Origin: the human T2T-CHM13v2.0 reference genome, Homo sapiens | Assembly: GCF_009914755.1 (NCBI RefSeq) | Contig: NC_060939.1 | Direction: 5' to 3' (one strand) | DNA: 64,000 bases | In this document: piece by piece, positions 41,504 to 58,300 of the stretch | Position numbering within the stretch: the first letter of the stretch is position 1 | Layout of the letters: each line of letters opens with the position of its first letter | Translations under genes and position numbers: made by a program | The notes under the pieces: model-generated | Database searches by the model: none | What the model saw: only the letters and a program-made list of their open reading frames with translations | What the model was told of the DNA's origin: nothing

Positions 41504-44500
41504 TTATTTGAGTCCATTCCCTTTGATTCCATAACATTTGAGTCCATTCAATTCCATTCCTTTCGTTTCCATTCCATTTGATGCCATTCCATTCAATTCT
41601 GTTCTACTCGACTCCAATACATTCAATTCCATTCCATCCGATTCCATTACATTCTTTTCATTTCTTATCCATTTCAAGCCATTCCACTCCATTCCATTCC
41701 ACTCGTTTCCTTTCCATTCGAGTCCATTCCTCTCCAGTCCATTCCATTCAATCCATTCCATTCCAGTCCATTCCATTCGAGTCCGTTCCATTCCAGTCCA
41801 TTCCATTCGAGTCAATTCCATCCCATTCGATGTCTTTCCATAACGATCCATTCCATTCTATTCCTTTCGATTCCATTCCATTCTATTTCATTTCATTCGA
41901 TTCCCTTCCATTGGACTCCTTTCCATTCGAGTGCATTCCATTCCGTTCCATTTCTTTCCGTTCTGTACGATTCCTACCGTTCGATTTCATTTTGTTCCAG
42001 TCCATTCTTTCGCGTCCATTCCATTCCATTTCACTCCATTCGATTCCATTCCACTCGATTCCACTTCGTTCCATTTCATTGCATTCCATTCTATTCAACT
42101 CTATTGCCTTCCATTCCATTCCATTCGATTACATTCCATGCGATTCCATTCGAAATCGAATCAATTACATTGCAATCCATTACTATTGAGTCCGTTTTAT
42201 TCCAGTCCACTGCATTCTGGTCCATTCCATTTGATTCCATTCCATTCTATTCCATTCCATACAGATGCATTCCATTGGATTCCATGCTATATCTATAAGT
42301 TCAATTCGAGACCATTGTTTTTGAGTCCATTCTATATGATTCCATTCCATTCAAGTCCATTACATTTGGTTAAATTCCATTCCATTCGGTTCAATTCCAT
42401 TCCATTCCATTCCCTTCCATTCCATTCCAGTTGATATCAATCCATTCGATTCCATTCCATTCGAGCACATTCCATTCGAGTCCATTCCATTCGATGCCAT
42501 TCCATTTGATTCTATTCCATTAGTCTCCATTCAATTCCATTAATCTCCATTCCATTCCATTCTACTCCAACTGATTCCATTCCATTCTATTCCTTTTTAT
42601 TCCATTTCATTCCATTCCATTCCATTCCATTCGTGTCCATTCCAGTCCAGTCCATTCCATTCGTATCCATTCCATTCCAGTCCATTCCATTTGTGTCCAC
42701 TGCATTCCATTCCACTCCATTCCATATTATTTCATTACACTCCATTCCATTCTATTACTTTCATTTCCATTCAATTCCATTCCATTTGATTCCATTCCAC
42801 TCGGTTTCATTCCATTTGAGTCCACTCCATTCCATTCCATTCCATTCAGTTCCATTCCATTCCATTCCGTTCCATTACATTCCATTCCATTCGGTACCAT
42901 TCCATATTGTTCCATTCGATTCCATTCGAATCCATTCCATTCCAGTCCATTCCATTCGATTCCATTCCATTCATTTCAATTCCATTCCATTCCATTCCAT
43001 TACATTCCACTTGATTCCTCTCCATTCCCTTCCACTGCATTCCGTTCGATTCCATTCCATTGCATTGCATTCCATTCCATTGGATTGCATTCCATTCGAT
43101 TCCATTCCATTCGAATCAATTACATAGCAATCCATTACATTCGAGTCTATTCTCTTCCGTTCCATTCGATTTCGTTCCAATCCATTCGATTCCATTCCAT
43201 TCGATTCCATTCCATACTATTGCATTCCATTCGATTACATTATATTCGAATAAGTTCCATTCAAGACCATTTCTTTTGAGTCCATTCTATTTGAGTCCAT
43301 TCCCTTTGATTCCATAACATTTGAGTCCATTCAATTCCATTCCTTTCGTTTCCATTCCATTTGATGCCATTCCATTCAATTCTGTTCTACTCGACTCCAA
43401 TACACTCAATTCCATTCCATCCGATTCCATTACATTCTTTTCATTTCTTATCCATTTCAAGCCATTCCACTCCATTCCATTCCACTCGTTTCCTTTCCAT
43501 TCGAGTCCATTCCTCTTCCAGTCCATTCCGTTCAATCCATTCCATTCCAGTCCATTCCATTCGAGTCCGTTCCATTCCAGTCCATTCCATTCGAGTCAAT
43601 TCCATTCCATTCGATGTCTTTCCATAACGATCCATTCCATTCTATTCCTTTCGATTCCATTCCATTCTATTTCATTCCATTCGATTCCCTTCCATTGGAC
43701 TCCTTTCCATTCGAGTGCATTCCATTCCGTTCCATTTCTTTCCGTTCTGTACGATTCCTACCGTTCGATTTCATTTTGTTCCAGTCCATTCCTTTCGCGT
43801 CCATTCCATTCCATTTCACTCCATGCGATTCCATTCCACTCGATTCCACTTCGTTCCATTTCATTGCATTCCATTCTATTCAACTCTATTGCCTTCCATT
43901 CCATTCCATTCGATTACATTCCATGCGATTCCATTCGAAATCGAATCAATTACATTGCAAACCATTACTATTGAGTCCGTTTTATTCCAGTCCACTGCAT
44001 TCTGGTCCATTCCATTTGATTCCATTCCATTCTATTCCATTCCATACAGTTGCATTCCATTGGATTCCATGCTATATCTATAAATTCAATTCGAGACCAT
44101 TGCTTTTGAGTCCATTCTATATGATTCCATTCCATTCAAGTCCATTACATTTGGTTAAATTCCATTCCATTCGGTTCAATTCCATTCCATTCCATTCCCT
44201 TCCATTCCATTCCAGTTGATATCAATCCATTCGATTCCATTCCATTCGAGCACATTCCATTCGAGTCCATTCCATTCGATGCCATTCCATTTGATTCTAT
44301 TCCATTAGTCTCCATTCAATTCCATTAATCTCCATTCCATTCCATTCTACTCCAACTGATTCCATTCCATTCTATTCCTTTCCATTCCATTTCATTCCAT
44401 TCCATTCCATTCCATTCCATTCCATTCCATTCGTGTCCATTCCACTCCAGTCCATTCCATTCGTATCCATTCCATTCCAGTCCATTCCATTTGTGTCCAC

Positions 44501-47500
44501 TGCATTCCATTCCACTCCATTCCATATTATTCCATTACACTCCATTCCATTCTATTACTTTCATTTCCATTCAATTCCATTCCATTTGATTCCATTCCAC
44601 TCGGTTTCATTCCATTTGAGTCCACTCCATTCCATTCCATTCCATTCAGTTCCATTCGATTCTGTTCCATTCCATTCCGTTCCGTTACATTCCATTCCAT
44701 TCGGTACCATTCCATATTGTTCCATTCGATTCCATTCGAATCCATTCCATTCCAGTCCATTCCATTCGATTCCATTCCATTCATTTCAATTCCATTCCAT
44801 TCCATTCCATTACATTCCACTTGATTCCTCTCCATTCCCCTCCACTGCATTCCGTTCGATTCCATTCCATTGCATTGCATTCCATTCCATTGGATTGCAT
44901 TCCATTCGATTCCATTCCATTCGAATCAATTACATAGCAATCCATTACATTCGAGTCTATTCTCTTCCGTTCCATTCGATTTCGTTCCAATCCATTCGAT
45001 TCCATTCCATTCGATTCCATTCCATACTATTGCATTCCATTCGATTACATTATATTCGAATAAGTTCCATTCAAACCATTTCTTTTGAGTCCATTCTATT
45101 TGAGTCCATTCCCTTTGATTCCATAACATTTGAGTCCATTCAATTCCATTCCTTTCGTTTCCATTCCATTTGATGCCATTCCATTCAATTCTGTTCTACT
45201 CGACTCCAATACATTCAATTCCATTCCATCCGATTCCATTACATTCTTTTCATTTCTTATCCATTTCAAGCCATTCCACTCCATTCCATTCCACTCGTTT
45301 CCTTTCCATTCGAGTCCATTCCTCTCCAGTCCATTCCGTTCAATCCATTCCATTCCAGTCCATTTCATTCGAGTCCGTTCCATTCCAGTCCATTCCATTC
45401 GAGTCAATTCCATCCCATTCGATGTCTTTCCATAACGATCCATTCCATTCTATTCCTTTCGATTCCATTCCATTCTATTTCATTCCATTCGATTTCCTTC
45501 CATTGGACTCCTTTCCATTCGAGTGCATTCCATTCCGTTCCATTTCTTTCCGTTCTGTACGATTCCTACCGTTCGATTTCATTTTGTTCCAGTCCATTCC
45601 TTTCGCGTCCATTCCATTCCGTTTCACTCCATTCGATTCCATTCCACTCGATTCCACTTCGTTCCATTTCATTGCATTCCATTCTATTCAACTCTATTGC
45701 CTTCCATTCCATTCCATTCGATTACATTCCATGCGATTCCATTCGAAATCGAATCAATTACATTGCAATCCATTACTATTGAGTCCATTTTATTCCAGTC
45801 CACTGTATTCTGGTCCATTCCATTTGATTCCATTCCATTCTATTCCATTCCATACAGTTGCATTCCATTGGATTCCATGCTATATCTATAAATTCAATTC
45901 GAGACCATTGCTTTTGAGTCCATTCTATATGATTCCATTCCATTCAAGTCCATTACATTTGGTTCAATTCCATTCCATTCCACTCCCTTCCATTCCATTC
46001 CATTTGATATCAATCCATTCGATTCCATTCCATTCGAGCACATTCCATTCGAGTCCATTCCATTCGATGCCATTCCATTTGATTCTATACCATTAGTCTC
46101 CATTCAATTCCATTAATCTCCATTCCATTCCATTCTACTCCAACTGATTCCATTCCATTCTATTCCTTTCCATTCCATTTCATTCCATTCCATTCCATTT
46201 CATTCCATTCCATTCCATTCGTGTCCATTCCACTCCAGTCCATTCCATTCGTTTCCATTCCATTCCAGTCCATTCCATTTGTGTCCACTGCATTCCATTC
46301 CACTCCATTCCATATTATTCCATTACACTCCATTCCATTCTATTACTTTCATTTCCCTTCAATTCCATTCCATTTGATTCCATTCCACTCGGTTTCATTC
46401 CATTTGAGTCCACTCCATTCCATTCCATTCCATTCCATTCAGTTCCATTCCATTCTGTTCCATTCCATTCCGTTCCATTACATTCCATTCCATTCGGTAC
46501 CATTCCATATTGTTCCATTCGATTCCATTCGAATCCATTCCATTCCAGTCCATTCCATTCAATTCCATTCCATTCATTTCAATTCCATTCCATTCCATTC
46601 CTTTACATTCCACTTGATTCCTCTCCATTCCCTTCCACTGCATTCCGTTCGATTCCATTCCATTGCATTGCATTCCATTCCATTGGATTGCATTCCATTC
46701 GATTCCATTCCATTCGAATCAATTACATAGCAATCCATTACATTCGAGTCTATTCTATTCCGTTCCATTCGATTTCGTTCCAATCCATTCGATTCCATTC
46801 CATTCGATTCCATTCCATACTATTACATTCCATTCTATTACATTATATTCGAATAAGTTCCATTCAAGACCATTGCTTTTGAGTCCATTCTATTTGAGTC
46901 CATTCCCTTTGATTCCATAACATTTGAGTCCATTCAATTCCATTCCTTTCGTTTCCATTCCATTTGATGCCATTCCATTCAATTCTGTTCTACTCGACTC
47001 CAATACATTCAATTCCATTCCATCCGATTCCATTACATTCTTTTCATTTCTTATCCATTTCAAGCCATTCCACTCCATTCCATTCCACTCGTTTCCTTTC
47101 CATTCGAGTCCATTCCTCTCCAGTCCATTCCGTTCAATCCATTCCATTCCAGTCCATTCCATTCGAGTCCGTTCCATTCCAGTCCATTCCATTCGAGTCA
47201 ATTCCATCCCATTCGATGTCTTTCCATAACGATCCATTCCATTCTATTCCTTTCTATTCCATTCCATTCTATTTCATTCCATTCGATTCCCTTCCATTGG
47301 ACTCCTTTCCACTCGAGTGCATTCCATTCCGTTCCATTTCTTTCCGTTCTGTACGATTCCTACCGTTCGATTTCATTTTGTTCCAGTCCATTCCTTTCGC
47401 GTCCATTCCATTCCATTTCACTCCATTCGATTCCATTCCCCTCGATTCCACTTCGTTCCATTTCATTGCATTCCATTCTATTCAACTCTATTGCCTTCCA

Positions 47501-50500
47501 TTCCATTCCATTCGATTACATTCCATGCGATTCCATTCGAAATCGAATCAATTACATTGCAATCCATTACTATTGAGTCCATTTTATTCCAGTCCACTGC
47601 ATTCTGGTCCATTCCATTTGATTCCATTCCATTCTCTTCCATTCCATACAGTTGCATTCCATTGGATTCCATTCTATATCTATAAATTCAATTCGAGACC
47701 ATTGCTTTTGAGTCCATTCTATATGATTCCATTCCATTCAAGTCCATTACATTTGGTTCAATTCCATTCCATTCCATTCCCTTCCATTCCATTCCAGTTG
47801 ATATCAATCCATTCGATTCCATTCCATTCGAGCACATTCCATTCGAGTCCATTCCATTCGATGCCATTCCATTTGATTCTATTCCATTAGTCTCCATTCA
47901 ATTCCATTAATCTCCATTCCATTCCATTCTACTCCAACTGATTCCATTCCATTCTATTCCTTTCCATTCCATTTCATTCCATTCCATTCCATTTCATTCC
48001 ATTCCATTCCATTCGTGTCCATTCCACTCCAGTCCATTCCATTCGTGTCCATTCCATTCCAGTCCATTCCATTTGTGTCCACTGCATTCCATTCCACTCC
48101 ATTCCATTTTATTCCATTACACTCCATTCCATTCTATTACTTTCATTTCCATTCAATTCCATTCCATTTGATTCCATTCCACTCGGTTTCATTCCATTTG
48201 AGTCCACTCCATTCCATTCCATTCCATTCAGTTCCATTCCATTCTGTTCCATTCCATTCCGTTCCATTACATTCCATTCCATTCGGTACCATTCCATATT
48301 GTTCCATTCGATTCCATTCGAATCCATTCCATTCCAGTCCATTCCATTCGATTCCATTCCATTCATTTCAATTCCATTCCATTCCATTCCATTACATTCC
48401 ACTTGATTCCTCTCCATTCCCTTCCAGTGCATTCCGTTCGATTCCATTCCATTGCATTGCATTCCATTCCATTGGATTGCATTCCATTCGATTCCATTCC
48501 ATTCGAATCAATTACATAGCAATCCATTACATTCGAGTCTATTCTCTTCCGTTCCATTCGATTTCGTTCCAATCCATTCGATTCCATTCCATTCGATTCC
48601 ATTCCATACTATTGCATTCCATTCGATTACATTATATTCGAATAAGTTCCATTCAAGACCATTTCTTTTGAGTCCATTCTATTTGAGTCCATTCCCTTTG
48701 ATTCCATAACATTTGAGTCCATTCAATTCCATTCCTTTCGTTTCCATTCCATTTGATGCCATTCCATTCAATTCTGTTCTACTCGACTCCAATACATTCA
48801 ATTCCATTCCATCCGATTCCATTACATTCTTTTCATTTCTTATCCATTTCAAGCCATTCCACTCCATTCCATTCCACTCGTTTCCTTTCCATTCGAGTCC
48901 ATTCCTCTCCAGTCCATTCCGTTCAATCCATTCCATTCCAGTCCATTCCATTCGAGTCCGTTCCATTCCAGTCCATTCCATTCGAGTCAATTCCATTCCA
49001 TTCGATGTCTTTCCATAACGATCCATTCCATTCTATTCCTTTCGATTCCATTCCATTCTATTTCATTCCATTCGATTCCCTTCCATTGGACTCCTTTCCA
49101 TTCGAGTGCATTCCATTCCGTTCCATTTCTTTCCGTTCTGTACGATTCCTACCGTTCGATTTCATTTTGTTCCAGTCCATTCTTTCGCGTCCATTCCATT
49201 CCATTTCACTCCATTCGATTCCATTCCACTCGATTCCACTTCGTTCCATTTCATTGCATTCCATTCTATTCAACTCTATTGCCTTCCATTCCATTCCATT
49301 CCATTACATTCCATGCGATTCCATTCGAAATCGAATCAATTACATTGCAATCCATTACTATTGAGTCCGTTTTATTCCAGTCCACTGCATTCTGGTCCAT
49401 TCCATTTGATTCCATTCCATTCTATTCCATTCCATACAGTTGCATTCCATTGGATTCCATGCTATATCTATAAATTCAATTCGAGACCATTGCTTTTGAG
49501 TCCATTCTATATGATTCCATTCCATTCAAGTCCATTACATTTGGTTAAATTCCATTCCATTCGGTTCAATTCCATTCCATTCCATTCCCTTCCATTCCAT
49601 TCCAGTTGATATCAATCCATTCGATTCCATTCCATTCGAGCACATTCCATTCGAGTCCATTCCATTCGATGCCATTCCATTTGATTCTATTCCATTAGTC
49701 TCCATTCAATTCCATTAATCTCCATTCCATTCCATTCTACTCCAACTGATTCCATTCCATTCTATTCCTTTCCATTCCATTTCATTCCATTCCATTCCAT
49801 TCCATTCCATTCCATTCCATTCCATTCGTGTCCATTCCACTCCAGTCCATTCCATTCGTATCCATTCCATTCCAGTCCATTCCATTTGTGTCCACTGCAT
49901 TCCATTCCACTCCATTCCATATTATTCCATTACACTCCATTCCATTCTATTACTTTCATTTCCATTCAATTCCATTCCATTTGATTCCATTCCACTCGGT
50001 TTCATTCCATTTGAGTCCACTCCATTCCATTCCATTCCATTCAGTTCCATTCCATTCTGTTCCATTCCATTCCGTTCCATTACATTCCATTCCATTCGGT
50101 ACCATTCCATATTGTTCCATTCGATTCCATTCGAATCCATTCCATTCCAGTCCATTCCATTCGATTCCATTCCATTCATTTCAATTCCATTCCATTCCAT
50201 TCCATTACATTCCACTTGATTCCTCTCCATTCCCTTCCACTGCATTCCGTTCGATTCCATTCCATTGCATTGCATTCCATTCTATTGGATTGCATTCCAT
50301 TCGATTCCATTCCATTCGAATCAATTACATAGCAATCCATTACATTCGAGTCTATTCTCTTCCGTTCCATTCGATTTCGTTCCAATCCATTCGATTCCAT
50401 TCCATTCGGTTCCATTCCATACTATTGCATTCCATTCGATTACATTATATTCGAATAAGTTCCATTCAAGACCATTTCTTTTGAGTCCATTCTATTTGAG

Positions 50501-52314
50501 TCCATTCCCTTTGATTCCATAACATTTGAGTCCATTCAATTCCATTCCTTTCGTTTCCATTCCATTTGATGCCATTCCATTCAATTCTGTTCTACTCGAC
50601 TCCAATACATTCAATTCCATTCCATCCGATTCCATTACATTCTTTTCATTTCTTATCCATTTCAAGCCATTCCACTCCATTCCATTCCACTCGTTTCCTT
50701 TCCATTCGAGTCCATTCCTCTCCAGTCCATTCCGTTCAATCCATTCCATTCCAGTCCATTCCATTCGAGTCCGTTCCATTCCAGTCCATTCCATTCGAGT
50801 CAATTCCATTCCATTCGATGTCTTTCCATAACGATCCATTCCATTCTATTCCTTTCGATTCCATTCCATTCTATTTCATTCCATTCGATTCCCTTCCATT
50901 GGACTCCTTTCCATTCGAGTGCATTCCATTCCGTTCCATTTCTTTCCGTTCTGTACGATTCCTACCGTTCGATTTCATTTTGTTCCAGTCCATTCTTTCG
51001 CGTCCATTCCATTCCATTTCACTCCATTCGATTCCATTCCACTCGATTCCACTTCGTTCCATTTCATTGCATTCCATTCCATTCAACTCTATTGCCTTCC
51101 ATTCCATTCCCTTCCATTACATTCCATGCGATTCCATTCGAAATCGAATCAATTACATTGCAATCCATTACTATTGAGTCCGTTTTATTCCAGTCCACTG
51201 CATTCTGGTCCATTCCATTTGATTCCATTCCATTCTATTCCATTCCATACAGTTGCATTCCATTGGATTCCATGCTATATCTATAAATTCAATTCGAGAC
51301 CATTGCTTTTGAGTCCATTCTATATGATTCCATTCCATTCAAGTCCATTACATTTGGTTAAATTCCATTCCATTCGGTTCAATTCCATTCCATTCCATTC
51401 CCTTCCATTCCATTCCAGTTGATATCAATCCATTCGATTCCATTCCATTCGAGCACATTCCATTCGAGTCCATTCCATTCGATGCCATTCCATTTGATTC
51501 TATTCCATTAGTCTCCATTCAATTCCATTAATCTCCATTCCATTCCATTCTACTCCAACTGATTCCATTCCATTCTATTCCTTTCCATTCCATTTCATTC
51601 CATTCAATTCCATTCCATTCCATTCCATTCCATTCCATTCCATTCCATTCGTGTCCATTCCACTCCAGTCCATTCCATTCGTATCCATTCCATTCCAGTC
51701 CATTCCATTTGTGTCCACTGCATTCCATTCCACTCCATTCCATATTATTCCATTACACTCCATTCCATTCTATTACTTTCATTTCCATTCAATTCCATTC
51801 CATTTGATTCCATTCAACTCGGTTTCATTCCATTTGAGTCCACTCCATTCCATTCCATTCCATTCAGTTCCATTCCATTCTGTTCCATTCCATTCCGTTC
51901 CATTACATTCCATTCCATTCGGTACCATTCCATATTGTTCCATTCGATTCCATTCGAATCCATTCCATTCCAGTCCATTCCATTCGATTCCATTCCATTC
52001 ATTTCAATTCCATTCCATTCCATTCCATTACATTCCACTTGATTCCTCTCCATTCCCTTCCAGTGCATTCCGTTCGATTCCATTCCATTGCATTGCATTC
52101 CATTCCATTGGATTGCATTCCATTCGATTCCATTCCATTCGAATCAATTACATAGCAATCCATTACATTCGAGTCTATTCTCTTCCGTTCCATTCGATTT
52201 CGTTCCAATCCATTCGATTCCATTCCATTCGATTCCATTCCATACTATTGCATTCCATTCGATTACATTATATTCGAATAAGTTCCATTCAAGACCATTT
52301 CTTTTGAGTCCATT

Positions 52315-55300
52315 CTATTTGAGTCCATTCCCTTTGATTCCATAACATTTGAGTCCATTCAATTCCATTCCTTTCGTTTCCATTCCATTTGATGCCATTC
52401 CATTCAATTCTGTTCTACTCGACTCCAATACATTCAATTCCATTCCATCCAATTCCATTACATTCTTTTCATTTCTTATCCATTTCAAGCCATTCCACTC
52501 CATTCCATTCCACTCGTTTCCTTTCCATTCGAGTCCATTCCTCTCCAGTCCATTCCGTTCAATCCATTCCATTCCAGTCCATTCCATTCGAGTCCGTTCC
52601 ATTCCAGTCCATTCCATTCGAGTCAATTCCATTCCATTCGATGTCTTTCCATAACGATCCATTCCATTCTATTCCTTTCAATTCCATTCCATTCTATTTC
52701 ATTCCATTCGATTCCCTTCCATTGGACTCCTTTCCATTCGAGTGCATTCCATTCCGTTCCATTTCTTTCCGTTCTGTACGATTCCTACCGTTCGATTTCA
52801 TTTTGTTCCAGTCCATTCCTTTCGCGTCCATTCCATTCCATTTCACTCCATTCGATTCCATTCCACTCGATTCCACTTCGTTCCATTTCATTGCATTCCA
52901 TTCTATTCAACTCTATTGCCTTCCATTCCATTCCATTCGATTACATTCCATGCGATTCCATTCGAAATCGAATCAATTACATTGCAAACCATTACTATTG
53001 AGTCCGTTTTATTCCAGTCCACTGCATTCTGGTCCATTCCATTTGATTCCATTCCATTCTATTCCATTCCATACAGTTGCATTCCATTGGATTCCATGCT
53101 ATATCTATAAATTCAATTCGAGACCATTGCTTTTGAGTCCATTCTATATGATTCCATTCCATTCAAGTCCATTACATTTGGTTCAATTCCATTCCATTCC
53201 ATTCCCTTTCATTCCATTCCATTTGATATCAATCCATTCGATTCCATTCCATTCGAGCACATTCCATTCGAGTCCATTCCATTCGATGCCATTCCATTTG
53301 ATTCTATTCCATTAGTCTCCATTCAATTCCATTAATCTCCATTCCATTCCATTCTACTCCAACTGATTCCATTCCATTCTATTCCTTTCCATTCCATTTC
53401 ATTCCATTCCATTCCATTCCATTCCATTCCATTCCATTCGTGTCCATTCCACTCCAGTCCATTCCATTCGTGTCCATTCCATTCCAGTCCATTCCATTTG
53501 TGTCCACTGCATTCCATTCCACTCCATTCCATATTATTCCATTACACTCCATTCCATTCTATTACTTTCTTTTCCATTCAATTTCATTCCATTTGATTCC
53601 ATTCCACTCGGTTTCATTCCATTTGAGTCCACTCCATTCCATTCCATTCCATTCCATTCAGTTCCATTCCATTCCGTTCCATTACATTCCATTCCATTCG
53701 GTACCATTCCATATTGTTCCATTCGATTCCATTCGAATCCATTCCATTCCAGTCCATTCCATTCGATTCCATTCCATTCATTTCAATTCCATTCCATTCC
53801 ATTCCACTCCATTCCACTTGATTCCTCTCCATTCCCTTCCACTGCATTCCGTTCGATTCCATTCCATTGCATTGCATTCCATTCCATTGGATTGCATTCC
53901 ATTCGATTCCATTCCATTCGAATCAATTACATAGCAATCCATTACATTCGAGTCTATTCTATTCCGTTCCATTCGATTTCGTTCCAATCCATTCGATTCC
54001 ATTCCATTCGATTCCTTTCCATACTATTGCATTCCATTCGATTACATTATATTCGAATAAGTTCCATTCAAGACCATTTCTTTTGAGTCCATTCTATTTG
54101 AGTCCATTCCCTTTGATTCCATAACATTTGAGTCCATTCAATTCCATTCCTTTCGTTTCCATTCCATTTGATGCCATTCCATTCAATTCTGTTCTACTCG
54201 ACTCCAATACATTCAATTCCATTCCATCCGATTCCATTACATTCTTTTCATTTCTTATCCATTTCAAGCCATTCCACTCCATTCCATTCCACTCGTTTCC
54301 TTTCCATTCGAGTCCATTCCTCTCCAGTCCATTCCGTTCAATCCATTCCATTCCAGTCCATTCCATTCGAGTCCGATCCATTCCAGTCCATTCCATTCGA
54401 GTCATTTCCATCCCATTCGATGTCTTTCCATAACGATCCATTCCATTCTATTCCTTTCGATTCCATTCCTTTCTATTTCATTCCATTCGATTCCCTTCCA
54501 TTGGACTCCTTTCCATTCGAGTGCATTCCATTCCGTTCCATTTCTTTCCGTTCTGTACGATTCCTACCGTTCGATTTCATTTTGTTCCAGTCCATTCCTT
54601 TCGCGTCCATTCCATTCCATTTCACTCCATTCGATTCCATTCCACTCGATTCCACTTCGTTCCATTTCATTGCATTCCATTCTATTCAACTCTATTGCCT
54701 TCCATTCCATTCCATTCGATTACATTCCATGCGATTCCATTCGAAATCGAATCAATTACATTGCAATCCATTACTATTGAGTCCATTTTATTCCAGTCCA
54801 CTGCATTCTGGTCCATTCCATTTGATTCCATTCCATTCTATTCCATTCCATACAGTTGCATTCCATTGGATTCCATTGTATATCTATAAATTCAATTCGA
54901 GACCATTGCTTTTGAGTCCATTCTATATGATTCCATTCCATTCAAGTCCATTACATTTGGTTCAATTCCATTCCATTCCATTCCCTTCCATTCCATTCCA
55001 GTTGATATCAATCCATTCGATTCCATTCCATTCGAGCACATTCCATTCGAGTCCATTCCATTCGATGCCATTCCATTTGATTCTATTCCATTAGTCTCCA
55101 TTCAATTCCATTAATCTCCATTCCATTCCATTCTACTCCAACTGATTCCATTCCATTCTATTCCTTTCCATTCCATTTCATTCCATTCCATTCCATTCCA
55201 TTCGTGTCCATTCCACTCCAGTCCATTCCATTCGTATCCATTCCATTCCAGTCCATTCCATTTGTGTCCACTGCATTCCATTCCACTCCATTCCATATTA

Positions 55301-58300
55301 TTCCATTACACTCCATTCCATTCTATTACTTTCATTTCCATTCAATTCCATTCCATTTGATTCCATTCCACTCGGTTTCATTCCATTTGAGTCCACTCCA
55401 TTCCATTCCATTCCATTCAGTTCCATTCCATTCTGTTCCATTCCATTCCGTTCCATTACATTCCATTCCATTCGGTACCATTCCATATTGTTCCATTCGA
55501 TTCCATTCGAATCCATTCCATTCCAGTCCATTCCATTCGATTCCATTCCATTCATTTCAATTCCATTCCATTCCATTCCATTACATTCCACTTGATTCCT
55601 CTCCATTCCCTTCCACTGCATTCCGTTCGATTCCATTCCATTGCATTGCATTCCATTCCATTGGATTGCATTCCATTCGATTCCATTCCATTCGAATCAA
55701 TTACATAGCAATCCATTACATTCGAGTCTATTCTCTTCCGTTCCATTCAATTTCGTTCCAATCCATTCGATTCCATTCCATTCGATTCCATTCCATACTA
55801 TTGCATTCCATTCGATTACATTATATTCGAATAAGTTCCATTCAAGACCATTTCTTTTGAGTCCATTCTATTTGAGTCCATTCCCTTTGATTCCATAACA
55901 TTTGAGTCCATTCAATTCCATTCCTTTCGTTTCCATTCCATTTGATGCCATTCCATTCAATTCTGTTCTACTCGACTCCAATACATTCAATTCCATTCCA
56001 TCCAATTCCATTACATTCTTTTCATTTCTTATCCATTTCAAGCCATTCCACTCCATTCCATTCCACTCGTTTCCTTTCCATTCGAGTCCATTCCTCTCCA
56101 GTCCATTCCGTTCAATCCATTCCATTCCAGTCCATTCCATTCGAGTCCGTTCCATTCCAGTCCATTCCATTCGAGTCAATTCCATTCCATTCGATGTCTT
56201 TCCATAACGATCCATTCCATTCTATTCCTTTCAATTCCATTCCATTCTATTTCATTCCATTCGATTCCCTTCCATTGGACTCCTTTCCATTCGAGTGCAT
56301 TCCATTCCGTTCCATTTCTTTCCGTTCTGTACGATTCCTACCGTTCGATTTCATTTTGTTCCAGTCCATTCCTTTCGCGTCCATTCCATTCCATTTCACT
56401 CCATTCGATTCCATTCCACTCGATTCCACTTCGTTCCATTTCATTGCATTCCATTCTATTCAACTCTATTGCCTTCCATTCCATTCCATTCGATTACATT
56501 CCATGCGATTCCATTCGAAATCGAATCAATTACATTGCAAACCATTACTATTGAGTCCGTTTTATTCCAGTCCACTGCATTCTGGTCCATTCCATTTGAT
56601 TCCATTCCATTCTATTCCATTCCATACAGTTGCATTCCATTGGATTCCATGCTATATCTATAAATTCAATTCGAGACCATTGCTTTTGAGTCCATTCTAT
56701 ATGATTCCATTCCATTCAAGTCCATTACATTTGGTTCAATTCCATTCCATTCCATTCCCTTTCATTCCATTCCATTTGATATCAATCCATTCGATTCCAT
56801 TCCATTCGAGCACATTCCATTCGAGTCCATTCCATTCGATGCCATTCCATTTGATTCTATTCCATTAGTCTCCATTCAATTCCATTAATCTCCATTCCAT
56901 TCCATTCTACTCCAACTGATTCCATTCCATTCTATTCCTTTCCATTCCATTTCATTCCATTCCATTCCATTCCATTCCATTCCATTCCATTCGTGTCCAT
57001 TCCACTCCAGTCCATTCCATTCGTGTCCATTCCATTCCAGTCCATTCCATTTGTGTCCACTGCATTCCATTCCACTCCATTCCATATTATTCCATTACAC
57101 TCCATTCCATTCTATTACTTTCTTTTCCATTCAATTTCATTCCATTTGATTCCATTCCACTCGGTTTCATTCCATTTGAGTCCACTCCATTCCATTCCAT
57201 TCCATTCCATTCAGTTCCATTCCATTCCGTTCCATTACATTCCATTCCATTCGGTACCATTCCATATTGTTCCATTCGATTCCATTCGAATCCATTCCAT
57301 TCCAGTCCATTCCATTCGATTCCATTCCATTCATTTCAATTCCATTCCATTCCATTCCACTCCATTCCACTTGATTCCTCTCCATTCCCTTCCACTGCAT
57401 TCCGTTCGATTCCATTCCATTGCATTGCATTCCATTCCATTGGATTGCATTCCATTCGATTCCATTCCATTCGAATCAATTACATAGCAATCCATTACAT
57501 TCGAGTCTATTCTATTCCGTTCCATTCGATTTCGTTCCAATCCATTCGATTCCATTCCATTCGATTCCATTCCATACTATTGCATTCCATTCGATTACAT
57601 TATATTCGAATAAGTTCCATTCAAGACCATTTCTTTTGAGTCCATTCTATTTGAGTCCATTCCCTTTGATTCCATAACATTTGAGTCCATTCAATTCCAT
57701 TCCTTTCGTTTCCATTCCATTTGATGCCATTCCATTCAATTCTGTTCTACTCGACTCCAATACATTCAATTCCATTCCATCCGATTCCATTACATTCTTT
57801 TCATTTCTTATCCATTTCAAGCCATTCCACTCCATTCCATTCCACTCGTTTCCTTTCCATTCGAGTCCATTCCTCTCCAGTCCATTCCGTTCAATCCATT
57901 CCATTCCAGTCCATTCCATTCGAGTCCGATCCATTCCAGTCCATTCCATTCGAGTCATTTCCATCCCATTCGATGTCTTTCCATAACGATCCATTCCATT
58001 CTATTCCTTTCGATTCCATTCCTTTCTATTTCATTCCATTCGATTCCCTTCCATTGGACTCCTTTCCATTCGAGTGCATTCCATTCCTTTCCATTTCTTT
58101 CCGTTCTGTACGATTCCTACCGTTCGATTTCATTTTGTTCCAGTCCATTCCTTTCGCGTCCATTCCATTCCATTTCACTCCATTCGATTCCATTCCACTC
58201 GATTCCACTTCGTTCCATTTCATTGCATTCCATTCTATTCAACTCTATTGCCTTCCATTCCATTCCATTCGATTACATTCCATGCGATTCCATTCGAAAT

